64,000 bases of DNA from Vicinamibacteria bacterium (GTDB lineage Bacteria; Acidobacteriota; Vicinamibacteria; Marinacidobacterales; Marinacidobacteraceae), in NCBI GenBank assembly GCA_963555995.3, contig OY821641.1, positions 1,664,001 to 1,728,000 on the forward strand, written 5' to 3'. Below the pieces are notes generated by a model. That model had not been told where the DNA came from. It worked only from the letters and a program-made list of their open reading frames with translations, and ran no database searches. Below are positions 29,248 to 38,456 of this stretch, in pieces. The position numbers and the translations under genes are program-made. The number at the start of each line of letters is the position of its first letter. The first letter of the stretch is position 1.

Positions 29248-30996
29248 ATGAGCGTTTCGCTGCGCGAGCAGGTCCCCCGGCCCGACCGCTCGCGGGTTGC
29301 CGGCAACGCCGGGGCGGTCACCGCGATGACCGCGAACGCCGCGCGCGCCGGCGCGGAGACCCTCGCCGCTGGCGGCAACGCCGCCGACGCGGCGGTGGCC
29401 GCGATGCTGGCGGCAGGCGTGGTGGAACCCGCCATGAACGGCCTCGGCGGCACCGCCTACGCCGTGGTCTTCGACCCGACGCGCGCCCGGATCACCGCGC
29501 TCGACGGCAGCGCGCGATGCCCCGCGCGGGCGCACGAGACCATGTTCGAGCCCCTCGAAGGAGTCGGCGGCGGTCTCTACGGCTTCCCCCCCACCCGGGG
29601 AGACCGCGCCGAGACCGGCCCCCTCAGCGTCCTCGCGCCCACCGCCCCGGCCACCCTCGTCGAACTCCACCGCCGGTTCGGTTGCCTCCCGTTCCCCGCC
29701 GTCGTCGAACCCGCGGTGCAGCTCGCGGAGGAGGGGTTCGTCCCCGACTGGGTCTTCGCCGTGCACGCCGCCGCCGGCTACCGGCGCCTCCGCCTCTCCC
29801 CGGCAGCCTTCGCGCTCTACACGCGGAAGGACGGCATCCCCTTCGTGCCCGCCAGTGAAGAGGATCGGCTCCGCAACCCCGACCTCGCCGCCTCGCTGCG
29901 GGTGCTCGCCGCAGAGGGCCCCGAGCCCTTCCAGCGCGGCCCCCTCGCCCGCCGCCTCCTCGCCACCGTGAGCGAGGCGGGCGGCATCCTCTCCGAATCC
30001 GACCTCGCCTCCCCCGCCGTCCGCGAAGTTCCCCCGCTCAACTGCCACTTCCGCGACCTCACTGTCACGACCCTGCCCGGCAACTCCGGCGGCCCCACCC
30101 TCGCGGCGGCGCTCTCCCACCTGAACGCCTTTCGCCCGGCAGGACCTCCCGGCGGCGACGCGGCCGGCGAGGTCCGCTTCCTCCACCTCGCCGCCGAGTC
30201 CCTGCGCCTCGCGTTCCTCGACCGCTTCGCGCACCTCGGCGACCCCGAGAGCGTGCCGGTCCCGCTCCCGGGGCTGCTCGACCCCGGCTACCTCCGCGAC
30301 CGGCGGCGGGGAGTCACCCCGGACGGCCCCCGCGTCGACACCCCCGCAGAACCCCCACCGCCCGGGAGCGGAGCGGCAACCGGCGCTCCCCCCTCCGGCG
30401 CCCCCACCTCCGACTGCACCACCCACGTCAACGCGATGGACGCGGACGGCATGGCCGTCGCGCTCACCGGGACCCTTGGCGGCCGTTTCGGGTCCGCGTT
30501 CGCCGTTCCGGGCCTCGGCTATCCCCTGAACAACGGCATGATGTGGTTCGACCCGCGGCCGGGCCGCCGCATCTCACCGGCGCCGGGCCGCCGGGCGCTG
30601 CACGCCGCCGCCCCGACGATCCTGCTGCGGGACGGCGTCCCGTGGGCGGTGGTGGGATCCCCCGGCGGACGCCGCCTCATTTCGGCGGCGGCGCTCGGGG
30701 TCGCACGCCTGGTGGATCGCGGGGCGTCCATGCAGGACGCCGTGGGCGGTTCGGGATTCCACGCCGACGTGGGTCCGCTCACCCTCGACGAGCGGACTCC
30801 GGACTGCGGGCAAGTCGCCCGCGGCCTCGAAGCGCGCGGCCACCGGGTGCTCGTGCGGCGGGAGACGGCGCTGACCGGCCACTTCGGCCGCGCGAGCGGC
30901 ATCCGGCGCGTCCCGACGCCCGCCGGGGAGGCCTTCGAGCCGGGGATGGACCCGGTGCGGACCGGCGCCGGGATAGCGGTGGACGGGCAATCTTGA
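29248..30996 (+). CDS. ggt: Gamma-glutamyltransferase family Ntn hydrolase
   Basis: GGNAADAAVA, VVEP..NGLGG, TTH autoprocessing Thr, LNNGM, GSPGG. Confidence 0.88.
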   Translation: MSVSLREQVPRPDRSRVAGNAGAVTAMTANAARAGAETLAAGGNAADAAVAAMLAAGVVEPAMNGLGGTAYAVVFDPTRARITALDGSARCPARAHETMFEPLEGVGGGLYGFPPTRGDRAETGPLSVLAPTAPATLVELHRRFGCLPFPAVVEPAVQLAEEGFVPDWVFAVHAAAGYRRLRLSPAAFALYTRKDGIPFVPASEEDRLRNPDLAASLRVLAAEGPEPFQRGPLARRLLATVSEAGGILSESDLASPAVREVPPLNCHFRDLTVTTLPGNSGGPTLAAALSHLNAFRPAGPPGGDAAGEVRFLHLAAESLRLAFLDRFAHLGDPESVPVPLPGLLDPGYLRDRRRGVTPDGPRVDTPAEPPPPGSGAATGAPPSGAPTSDCTTHVNAMDADGMAVALTGTLGGRFGSAFAVPGLGYPLNNGMMWFDPRPGRRISPAPGRRALHAAAPTILLRDGVPWAVVGSPGGRRLISAAALGVARLVDRGASMQDAVGGSGFHADVGPLTLDERTPDCGQVARGLEARGHRVLVRRETALTGHFGRASGIRRVPTPAGEAFEPGMDPVRTGAGIAVDGQS

Positions 30997-31094
30997 AACC
31001 CGGTTTCATGTTGTAGACTTCGGGCGACGAACCGTTCCCGCCAGCTCCTGTCCACCTTCCCCGGATCCGCCGGGCCCTTCTCCGGAGTGTTCCG

Positions 31095-31838
31095 ATGCCG
31101 TTTTTCCGATCTCGCCGAGCGACCCTCCCGCTGCTGACCGCCGCTGGAATCGCGGCGGTCCTCGCGCTGTCCGCCTGCGACGACGGCGGGTCCACGCCGG
31201 CGGCCCCCGCACCCGCCCCGGCACCCGCTCCCGCTCCGGCCCCGGAGCCCTCCGAGCCGGCCACCGCGATCTACAGCTTCGCACCGCCGGACGTGCGGAT
31301 CAGCCCGCGGGTGCCGGGCACGTTGCCCGACGACGTGGATTTCGCCCCTCCCCTCGCGCTCGTGGCCCACGCCCCCGGCGAGGCCCCCTTCGCGGTGGAC
31401 AAAACGGCCTCCGACGGCCTGAAGCTGCTCGCCGAAACGGGCGCTTCCGCCACGTTCGTCACCGAGGCGGAAGCCGCCGGGATGGACATCCTGGCGACCT
31501 CGTTCCCCGAACTGCTGGCGGTCTTCCTGAGCCCCGATCCCTCGTTCGAGCTGAACCTGGAGCGACCGTGCCTCAGCTACGCGCAGATGATCGCGCCGAG
31601 TCCCGACTGGTTCATCGGCTTCACGAACATCTGCGCGACCGACGAGGACGGGAAGTGGCTTCCCGATATGAGCGCCGACCTGCTCGCCTACGACGCAGGC
31701 ACCGCCGAGGGCGAGGACTTCGAGCCCAAGTCGGCGGACTCGGAGCCCCGCCAGCCGATTTCCCTCCTGGACCGGCCACCCTACTTCGTAGCGCCCGCCG
31801 TCGTACAGGTGTTGAGCGCCACCCGCCAGCAGGAATAG
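31095..31838 (+). CDS. Spondin_N-domain lipoprotein with (PA)n linker
   Basis: Lipobox LSAC; ASDGLKLLAE.G; MIAPSPDWFIG; YDAGT. Confidence 0.85.
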   Translation: MPFFRSRRATLPLLTAAGIAAVLALSACDDGGSTPAAPAPAPAPAPAPAPEPSEPATAIYSFAPPDVRISPRVPGTLPDDVDFAPPLALVAHAPGEAPFAVDKTASDGLKLLAETGASATFVTEAEAAGMDILATSFPELLAVFLSPDPSFELNLERPCLSYAQMIAPSPDWFIGFTNICATDEDGKWLPDMSADLLAYDAGTAEGEDFEPKSADSEPRQPISLLDRPPYFVAPAVVQVLSATRQQE

Positions 31839-31987
31839 CCCCGGTGGCGGGCCAGACGCGCGCCCTTCGCCCTCTTTTGCCCCTCATCGGTGTGGGTGTG
31901 CGTTTGCGGTACGATGCCGCCGAGCAACGTCAGAGGTTCGGCACGGGAAGGCCCGCGCCGTTTCGCGACCGCAAAGGAGGATCCGCG

Positions 31988-32752
31988 ATGAAGACCCGAA
32001 ACATCTGGATGGGAACCGCGCTGCTGCTGAGCGCCTTCCTGCTGGCCGGCTGCGGAGGCGACTCCGGGACCACCCCGGCGCCCGCACCGGCTCCGGCCCC
32101 TGCCCCGGCGCCTGCCCCGGCCCCGGCTCCCGAGCCCGAGCCGGAAACGCCGGACACGGCGACCTACACGTTCGGAACGGAGTCAATCAAGGCTAACTAT
32201 GCGAGCCCCGGTTCGATCTTCCTCGTACTCGGCGCCCAGCCCTACCCCGAGGGCGCGAGCGCCGTGGAGGAAGTTGCGTTCGTCGCCCACCCCGTGGGCA
32301 CCACCGTCTGGGCGGAAGGCGGTATGGCTTCCGAGGGTCTCAAGCACCTGGCTTGGGACGGCCACGCGCACGACCTGACGAAGGAGGCCAAGGATATGGG
32401 CTGGACGGTCCTTGCGGAGGACTTCAGCACGGTTCAGGGACTTCTGACGGCCGGGAGCATCACTCTGAGCGCCGAGTTTCCCTGCCTCAGCTACGCCCAG
32501 CGGCTCGACCCGAGCCCCGACTGGTTCGTCGGCTTTAACGTCTGCGCCCTCCACGATCACGATGGCGAACTCCACTGGGAGGAGACGATCACGATTGAGG
32601 CCCAGATGTGGGACGCCGGCACCCGGGACGGCGAGCCCTACATGGAGGCCACCGGGGACTCCGACCCACAGCAGCCCATCAACAGGGTGATGACGCCGCC
32701 GTGGGACACGGACGCGGTGCTGGAAATCACCGCAACGCTCGCGGAGGAGTAG
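31988..32752 (+). CDS. Spondin_N-domain lipoprotein with (PA)n linker, paralog
   Basis: SD AAAGGAGG; lipobox LAGC; ASEGLK; PSPDWFVG; WDAGT. Confidence 0.85.
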   Translation: MKTRNIWMGTALLLSAFLLAGCGGDSGTTPAPAPAPAPAPAPAPAPAPEPEPETPDTATYTFGTESIKANYASPGSIFLVLGAQPYPEGASAVEEVAFVAHPVGTTVWAEGGMASEGLKHLAWDGHAHDLTKEAKDMGWTVLAEDFSTVQGLLTAGSITLSAEFPCLSYAQRLDPSPDWFVGFNVCALHDHDGELHWEETITIEAQMWDAGTRDGEPYMEATGDSDPQQPINRVMTPPWDTDAVLEITATLAEE

Positions 32753-32860
32753 GTTCACCTCCGGGTTCGCCCAAGGGACGCGGCCCGGCGTGCCCGGTCC
32801 GCTCCCTCGCGCGACCACCTCCGGGGCCTGAGTCCGCGCGGGTCCGGCCTCTCCGCCTCC

Positions 32861-34333
32861 ATGTCTGAACGCCACCCGGAACCCGCTACGGAGAGCGAAG
32901 CGGCGCCGCCGCACGACCTCCCCCGGGTCGTCATCGTCGGCGCCGGGCAGACCGGCCGGGAGCTCGCGCGCCAACTCGCCGGCGAGCGGCGGGTGGTGGT
33001 CCTCGACACCGACCCGCAGAAGCTCGAACGCCTGCGCGAGACCGCTCCGCACCAGACGTTCGAGACCCTGACCCGCGACGGAACGAGCGCGCTGTCCCTG
33101 CGCGCCGCCGCCGGTGACGGCGCCGAGTGGGTGATCGCCGCCACCGACCAGGACGGGGTCAACATCGAGGTCTGCCGGGTCGCGGCCGCGCTGAGCCCGC
33201 GGCCGTCCACCGTCGGCACGCTGCGCGATTCCCACCGCGCCGGGCGGCTGCGCGCCACCGGCGCCCAGTGCATCGCCCGGCCGGGGGTGATCGCCAACCA
33301 GATCCGCAACCGGATCGAACGCTCCCACCAGGTCGAGACGTCGCTCGGTCTCGGCCGCGGCGAGATCCGCGAGATCCAGGTGCTCCCCACCTCGCCGGCG
33401 GTGAACGTGAAGCTCCGGGACCTCGGCGCCCGGAAGTGGCTGGTCGCGGGGATCTACCGGGGCGGGCGGTTCGTGGTCCCCGACGGCGACGCGGTGATCG
33501 AGGCCGGGGACCGGCTCCTCATCACCGGCGAGCCCGAGGTGGCGCCCGGCGCCGCCGAGTTCCTCCGCGAGGGGAAGTCCCTCTTCCCCCTCCAGTTCGG
33601 CAGCCACATCGTCGTCTTCGCCGAGCGCGAGCTCCCCGAGGTGGCCTGGCGGGAGGCCGAGTACCTGTTCCGCACCTCGCGGGCGCACCGTTTCCGGATC
33701 GTGGCGCCCGACGGCGTGGAACCGCCGCCGGACCTCGGCGTCCCCGCCGAGCGCCTGGCCCGGATCGTCCCCGGTGACGATGCCTTTGCGGCCGCCCGGC
33801 CCGATGCCGGCTGCGTGGTGATTGACCGGCGCGAGCCGTCCTTCCTTGCCCGGATCGGCCTCAACGCGGCGCGCTTCCTCGCCACCATGGCGCGGTTCTC
33901 CTGCCCGGTGCTGATCCCCGCCGCCAGCTTCCCCTGGGAGCGGCTGGTGATCCCGATCACCGACGTGGAGGCGACCCTCCGGGCGGCCGACACCGCGATC
34001 GGCCTCGGCCGCCAGTTCCGGATCCCCCTCGCCGCCGTCCTCGTCACCCCGCCGGCGTTCATCGGACGCGGCCTCGAAGGCACCGAGGACGTCGCGTCCG
34101 TCCTCGCCGCCATCGAGCGGATGGCCGACCTCTACCGCGTCCGGGTCCCCATCATCCGCGCCGAGGGCAACCCCCCCCGCCAACTCACCCGCCTCACCGG
34201 CCCCCGCGACCTCCTCGTCCTCGGCTACGACCAGGGCCACGCCGGCTCCTTCTTCCGCCCCGACCCCGCGGTCCACATGATGATCCGAGCCCGCGCCTCC
34301 GTCCTCGCCCTCCCCATCCCCACCCACCACTAG
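32861..34333 (+). CDS. TrkA-N/TrkA-C (RCK) protein fused to USP-like domains
   Basis: VVIVGAGQTG, IAATDQD..N, VPDGDAVIEAGDRL; C-terminal SCPVLI / ASVLAL USP-type ends. Confidence 0.8.
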   Translation: MSERHPEPATESEAAPPHDLPRVVIVGAGQTGRELARQLAGERRVVVLDTDPQKLERLRETAPHQTFETLTRDGTSALSLRAAAGDGAEWVIAATDQDGVNIEVCRVAAALSPRPSTVGTLRDSHRAGRLRATGAQCIARPGVIANQIRNRIERSHQVETSLGLGRGEIREIQVLPTSPAVNVKLRDLGARKWLVAGIYRGGRFVVPDGDAVIEAGDRLLITGEPEVAPGAAEFLREGKSLFPLQFGSHIVVFAERELPEVAWREAEYLFRTSRAHRFRIVAPDGVEPPPDLGVPAERLARIVPGDDAFAAARPDAGCVVIDRREPSFLARIGLNAARFLATMARFSCPVLIPAASFPWERLVIPITDVEATLRAADTAIGLGRQFRIPLAAVLVTPPAFIGRGLEGTEDVASVLAAIERMADLYRVRVPIIRAEGNPPRQLTRLTGPRDLLVLGYDQGHAGSFFRPDPAVHMMIRARASVLALPIPTHH

Positions 34334-36300
34334 CCGGAAGTTTCGGGCCCTGAATCGGGCCAAGCGACCGAGTGTCATGGAGTTAGGGGTGTTTCGGGAT
34401 GTAATATGTAGCCACTAATATGACTTGACATGAGTCGCTGTGTCCCTAATGCTACGAGGTATGCCGCCGCGAAAATACGCCGTCCACGTAGCCACAACAC
34501 AACGACACTACAAGGGCAAGACCTACCGATCCCACCTCCTGCGCCGAACCTTCCGCGAAAACGGGAAGGTCAAACACCAGACCCTCGGCAACCTCTCCCA
34601 CCTGCCCGATCCGGTCATCACTCTCATCCGCAGAGGACTCAAGGGCGAAACCCTCGTCGCACCCGACGACGCCTTCGACTGCCAGCGCAGCCTCCCCCAC
34701 GGACACGTCGCCGCCACCCTCGGATCCCTCCGACGCCTCGGACTCCACTCCCTCATCGCCCGCGCCCCCAGCCGGCTCCGCGATCTCGCCGTCGCCCTCA
34801 TCGTCGCCCGCGTCATCGACCCCCGCTCCAAGCTCGCCACCGCACGCGCCCTCAACCCACAAACCGCCGTCTCCTCCCTCGGAGAAATGCTCCAACTCGG
34901 CGACGTCGACCAGCACGAGCTCTACGACGCCATGGACTGGCTCCTCCGACGCCAGCCCGGCATCGAACAGCGTCTCGCCCGCCGCCACCTCGAAGACAAC
35001 ACCCTCGTCCTCTACGACCTCACCTCCACCTACGTGGAAGGAACCCACTGCCCCCTCGCACAGCGCGGCTACTCCCGCGACGGAAAGAAGAACAAGCTCC
35101 AGATCGTCTTCGGACTGCTCTGCTCCCCCGAGGGCTGCCCCATCGCCGTCGAGGTCTTCGAGGGCTCGACCAGCGACCCCAGGACCGTCGCCTCCCAGGT
35201 GCAAAAGCTCCGCACCCGCTTCGGCCTCGCCCGCGTCGTCCTGGTCGGCGATCGCGGCATGCTCACCTCCGCCCGCATCCGCGAGGACCTCGCCGGTGTC
35301 GAGGGGCTGCGCTGGATCACCGCCCTCCGCGCCCCCACCATCAAGAAACTCCTCGCCGACGGGACCGTGAACCCCTCCCTCTTCGACCAACGGGATCTCG
35401 CCGAGGTCACCTCCGACGACTTCCCCGGCGAGCGCCTCATCGTCTGCCGCAACCCCCGCCTCGCCGCCGAGCGCCGCCGTAAGCGCAACGAACTCCTCGG
35501 CGCCACCGAAGCTCTTCTCGAACCCATCCAGGCGGCCACCCAACGCGAACGGCGCCCCCTCCGCGGAAAGGATCACATCGGCGTCCGCGTCGGCAAGGTC
35601 ATCGACCGCTACAAGGTCGCCAAGCACTTCCAGACCGACATCACCGACGACTCCTTCTCCTTCGAACGGCTCTGCGAACAGATCGCCACCGAAGAACAAC
35701 TCGACGGCCTCTACGTCATCCGCTCCAACGTCGAGCCCGAGCGCCTCGACGCCCCCCAAACCGTCCGCGCCTACAAGAACCTCTCCCGCGTCGAGCGCGC
35801 CTTCCGCTCCCTCAAATCCGTCGACCTCAAGGTCAGACCGATCCACCACCGACGCTCCGACCGCGTCCGCGCCCACGTCTTCCTCTGCATGCTCGCCTAC
35901 TACGTCGAGTGGCACATGCGAAACGACCTCGCAACCCTCCTCTTCGACGACCACCACCCCGAAGCCGCCGAATCCCTCCGGGACTCCGTCGTCGAACCCG
36001 CCCAGCGCTCGCCCGCCGCCCAGAAGAAGGCCGCCACCAAGCGCACTCACGACGGCCTCCCCGTCCAATCCTTCCGGTCCCTCCTCGCCGATCTCGGCAC
36101 CCTCACCCGAAACACCATGCGGCTCAACGACGCCGAAACCACCTTCACTCTCTACGCCAACCCCACCCCCGTCCAGCAACGATCCCTCGATCTACTCCAC
36201 GTCTCACACCGAATGTAGCCACTACACGACAACACCCAAATCCCACAACTCACTCAAAATACGGGCCTTACACGAAATCAGGCCCGAAACTTCCGGCTAG
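34330..36300 (+). mobile_element. IS1634-family insertion sequence
   Basis: Perfect 20-bp terminal inverted repeat CTAGCCGGAAGTTTCGGGCC, possibly a 16-bp IR plus a CTAG target duplication; encloses a transposase. Confidence 0.92.
34461..36218 (+). CDS. IS1634-family DDE transposase
   Basis: RENGKVKHQT, LYDLTSTY.EG, GYSRD, VGDRGM, YKNLSRVERAFRSLKS, RVRAHVFLCMLAY; exact start uncertain (34440-34461). Confidence 0.93.
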   Translation: MPPRKYAVHVATTQRHYKGKTYRSHLLRRTFRENGKVKHQTLGNLSHLPDPVITLIRRGLKGETLVAPDDAFDCQRSLPHGHVAATLGSLRRLGLHSLIARAPSRLRDLAVALIVARVIDPRSKLATARALNPQTAVSSLGEMLQLGDVDQHELYDAMDWLLRRQPGIEQRLARRHLEDNTLVLYDLTSTYVEGTHCPLAQRGYSRDGKKNKLQIVFGLLCSPEGCPIAVEVFEGSTSDPRTVASQVQKLRTRFGLARVVLVGDRGMLTSARIREDLAGVEGLRWITALRAPTIKKLLADGTVNPSLFDQRDLAEVTSDDFPGERLIVCRNPRLAAERRRKRNELLGATEALLEPIQAATQRERRPLRGKDHIGVRVGKVIDRYKVAKHFQTDITDDSFSFERLCEQIATEEQLDGLYVIRSNVEPERLDAPQTVRAYKNLSRVERAFRSLKSVDLKVRPIHHRRSDRVRAHVFLCMLAYYVEWHMRNDLATLLFDDHHPEAAESLRDSVVEPAQRSPAAQKKAATKRTHDGLPVQSFRSLLADLGTLTRNTMRLNDAETTFTLYANPTPVQQRSLDLLHVSHRM

Positions 36301-36326
36301 CTGACCGGGATGGCGCCGCCGGCCGG

Positions 36327-36350
36327 GGAGCGCCGGTGTTCACACCGGCA
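36327..36350 (+). repeat. REP (GTGT variant), left boundary of the island
   Basis: GGAGCGCCGGTGTTCACACCGGCA, perfect inverse of 45357-45380. Confidence 0.9.
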
Positions 36351-36408
36351 CCGTCCCCCGCAGGGGGACGAATTCCCAACGTGACGCGCCCTCACGGCGC
36401 AACGGCTT

Positions 36409-36564
36409 GGAGCGCCGGCTTCAGCCGGCACAGCCCGCCGCAGGCGGGCGAAGGGATGGACCGTATCCGTGCCGATGGGCCACCGCCCGGAACATCCGAC
36501 ACCACGGCGATTCGCCCTTCCGCCGCGCTCCGCGCAGCGGGTGCCGGCTGAAGCCGGCGCTCCC
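36409..36564. repeat. Second REPIN family (inverted GGAGCGCCGGCTTCAGCCGGCAC pair)
   Basis: Perfect inverted ends; the left ~100 bp recurs degenerately at 39811-39910. Confidence 0.85.
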
Positions 36565-36581
36565 AGCCCACGCGCTACCGG

Positions 36582-36989
36582 GATCATGCCGCGATCCGTC
36601 GCCCATCATGCCCCGATCCGATCGCGCCGTTTCGCACCGATCATGCCTCGATCCACCGGCCCATCATGCCTCGATCCGAGGCGATCATGCTCCGATCCAC
36701 GCGGTTTTCGGCCTCGATCATGCCTCGATCCGTTCCAGAGTCCGGCAGCGACAATCTCCGGCTGCATGGACGAGGCGGACCGATCCAAGACCGAAAAGAA
36801 CGCTCGGAAAGCCGAAATCAGCCGAATTCGAGCCGGTTTCGGCACTCTCTGACCGATTCCAGCCCGTCTGAACCGACTCGGCGCGATCCGCATTCCGACC
36901 GTTTCCGGACGCCGATCATGCCCCGATCCGCGCCGATCATGCCCCGATCCGCCAACATGCCTCGATCCAGCGGGATCATGCCTCGATCC
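36582..36989 (+). repeat. Array of ten 16-bp direct repeats, consensus GATCATGCCYCGATCC
   Basis: Copies start at 36582, 36604, 36639, 36662, 36683, 36716, 36914, 36935, 36953 and 36974. Confidence 0.9.
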
Positions 36990-37224
36990 GTCTCGCTGGC
37001 GAGCCTCGAGCACCATGCAGTGGATGCAGTCCGGAAGCCTCGGGTCAGCGAAGCCGGGGCCGCTGCCGTCCGCCCGGAGAGTGACGGGGACCGGCGTGGA
37101 GACCGCCGGGCCGGGTTCAGGGCGACAGCAGGCGAAGGACCGCAACGGTGATGCCCACACCTGGCCCGCTCGATCAGCCCCCGCGACCTGCTCGTCCTCC
37201 GCTACGATCAGGCGGCGGCGCTGG

Positions 37225-37380
37225 CGGCATAACGCCGTCACTTCCACCGTGACCAATGCTCGTGCAGAAGCCATCAACTCCCGCATCCAGTGGCTCAAAT
37301 AAGATGGCTTGCGGATACCGCAACCGCGCCCGCTTCCGCGAGGCGATCTACTTCCACCTACGCGGATTGGACCCCCGTGA
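37225..37380 (+). pseudogene. ISL3-family transposase C-terminal remnant (frameshifted)
   Basis: TNARAEAINSRIQWLK, then a 1-nt shift to KMACGYRNRARFREAIYFHLRGLD, the typical ISL3 C-terminus. Confidence 0.8.
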
Positions 37381-37401
37381 CGCGCTGATATTGCCACTAC
37401 T

Positions 37402-38316
37402 TCAGAGCTGTTCTTGCGGGTGTCGCCGCCGCAGCGGCTGACTCAACCTCACGTAGCGTCTGGGGTCCTGGAACTCCCACGACGACGTAGCCAGATGCAG
37501 TTGTAAGTCCGCCAAGAACAAGTTCAATAACCTGCCCGCGGCGACCCCAGGATCGGAGTGCGTTTCCTGAAAGGTGGTCCAGCAGTTGGATACGGCGGCG
37601 TCATTCTCCTCTCGATAGACCTCTGCTTGGACACCAAACGTCGCTTGCCCGTTCTTCATCCGATGAGGTGCACAACTGGCCCCGCCACGCTCACTGTCAA
37701 GAATCAATACCCACGCATCCTCGGGTGGTATACCGATTCCTCCGACGTTCTTCGCCAGGTTTCGCAAATCACAACTTCCCATCCCCAACGCAATGAGGAA
37801 CTTGTAACACGAATTGCGCCACTTTCTGCCTGTAACTGGAGCCGTCAAGTCATCCAGAGATGTGTCCGGCGAGGGGCGTCCGAATCGATTTGAGTTTTTG
37901 ATGAGAAGACCGTCCTGCATTCTCTCCATGTCTTGAATCATCTCGACATAGCTCTCCAACACGCGAGCGTCGTGGTACCAGCTGCTCTTGACCTCACCAA
38001 CTGCCGCCACGCATTCCGCTCGCACGAGCTCCGTTGCACCCTTGTCGCGGCTATACATCGTTGCTGTCGGAAGATCGCGAACAACGATGATGTCGATCTG
38101 CTTGGATTTCCTTCCGTCGGCACGAACAACGTGTCCTTCGGTTACGCGATACTGACTTCCTACCACGCCTGCGATCCAGTCCCGGACGGCCTTCTCGGGT
38201 CCATCTCCTAGCGCACGTATGTTGTCCTTGCCTCCTGTCGCGCTGGCCCTCGCCCGCGCGACAAAGAAGTCCTCGGCTATCGCTGCGTACAGTTTGTCTA
38301 CGTCGTACGAGTGCAT
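37402..38316 (-). CDS. DUF6602-like PD-(D/E)xK nuclease-domain protein
   Basis: LGDGPE, Y.VTEGHVV, SKQIDIIVV, AECVAAVGEVKS; lower GC than the backbone. Confidence 0.72.
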   Translation of the reverse strand: MHSYDVDKLYAAIAEDFFVARARASATGGKDNIRALGDGPEKAVRDWIAGVVGSQYRVTEGHVVRADGRKSKQIDIIVVRDLPTATMYSRDKGATELVRAECVAAVGEVKSSWYHDARVLESYVEMIQDMERMQDGLLIKNSNRFGRPSPDTSLDDLTAPVTGRKWRNSCYKFLIALGMGSCDLRNLAKNVGGIGIPPEDAWVLILDSERGGASCAPHRMKNGQATFGVQAEVYREENDAAVSNCWTTFQETHSDPGVAAGRLLNLFLADLQLHLATSSWEFQDPRRYVRLSQPLRRRHPQEQL

Positions 38317-38327
38317 CGCGGAATACC

Positions 38328-38456
38328 CTAGCTCGTGTTTGTCGGCGAGGAAAGAAGGGCGAAGATGCCCGCAGCCCGGCCTGTTGCGTTCAGGTTGATG
38401 ATCGCGCTCGTGTCCGCGACGATCCCACGCCACGACTCACGCAGTGAGTGCGACAC
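38328..38456 (-). pseudogene. Truncated PIN-domain gene (42 codons)
   Basis: GTG start overlaps the ImmA stop; VSHSLRESWRGIVADTSAIINLNATG is a PIN N-terminus, ending at a premature TAG. Confidence 0.65.

Noticed and set aside
34452-36179. 575-aa antisense ORF inside the IS
   Set aside because: Shadow of the strongly C-ending codon usage of the transposase
36582-36989. 16-bp repeats as a mini-CRISPR or as the coding ORF 36666-37151
   Set aside because: Spacers are mostly 2-19 bp and irregular; the ORF is low-complexity with no recognisable domain
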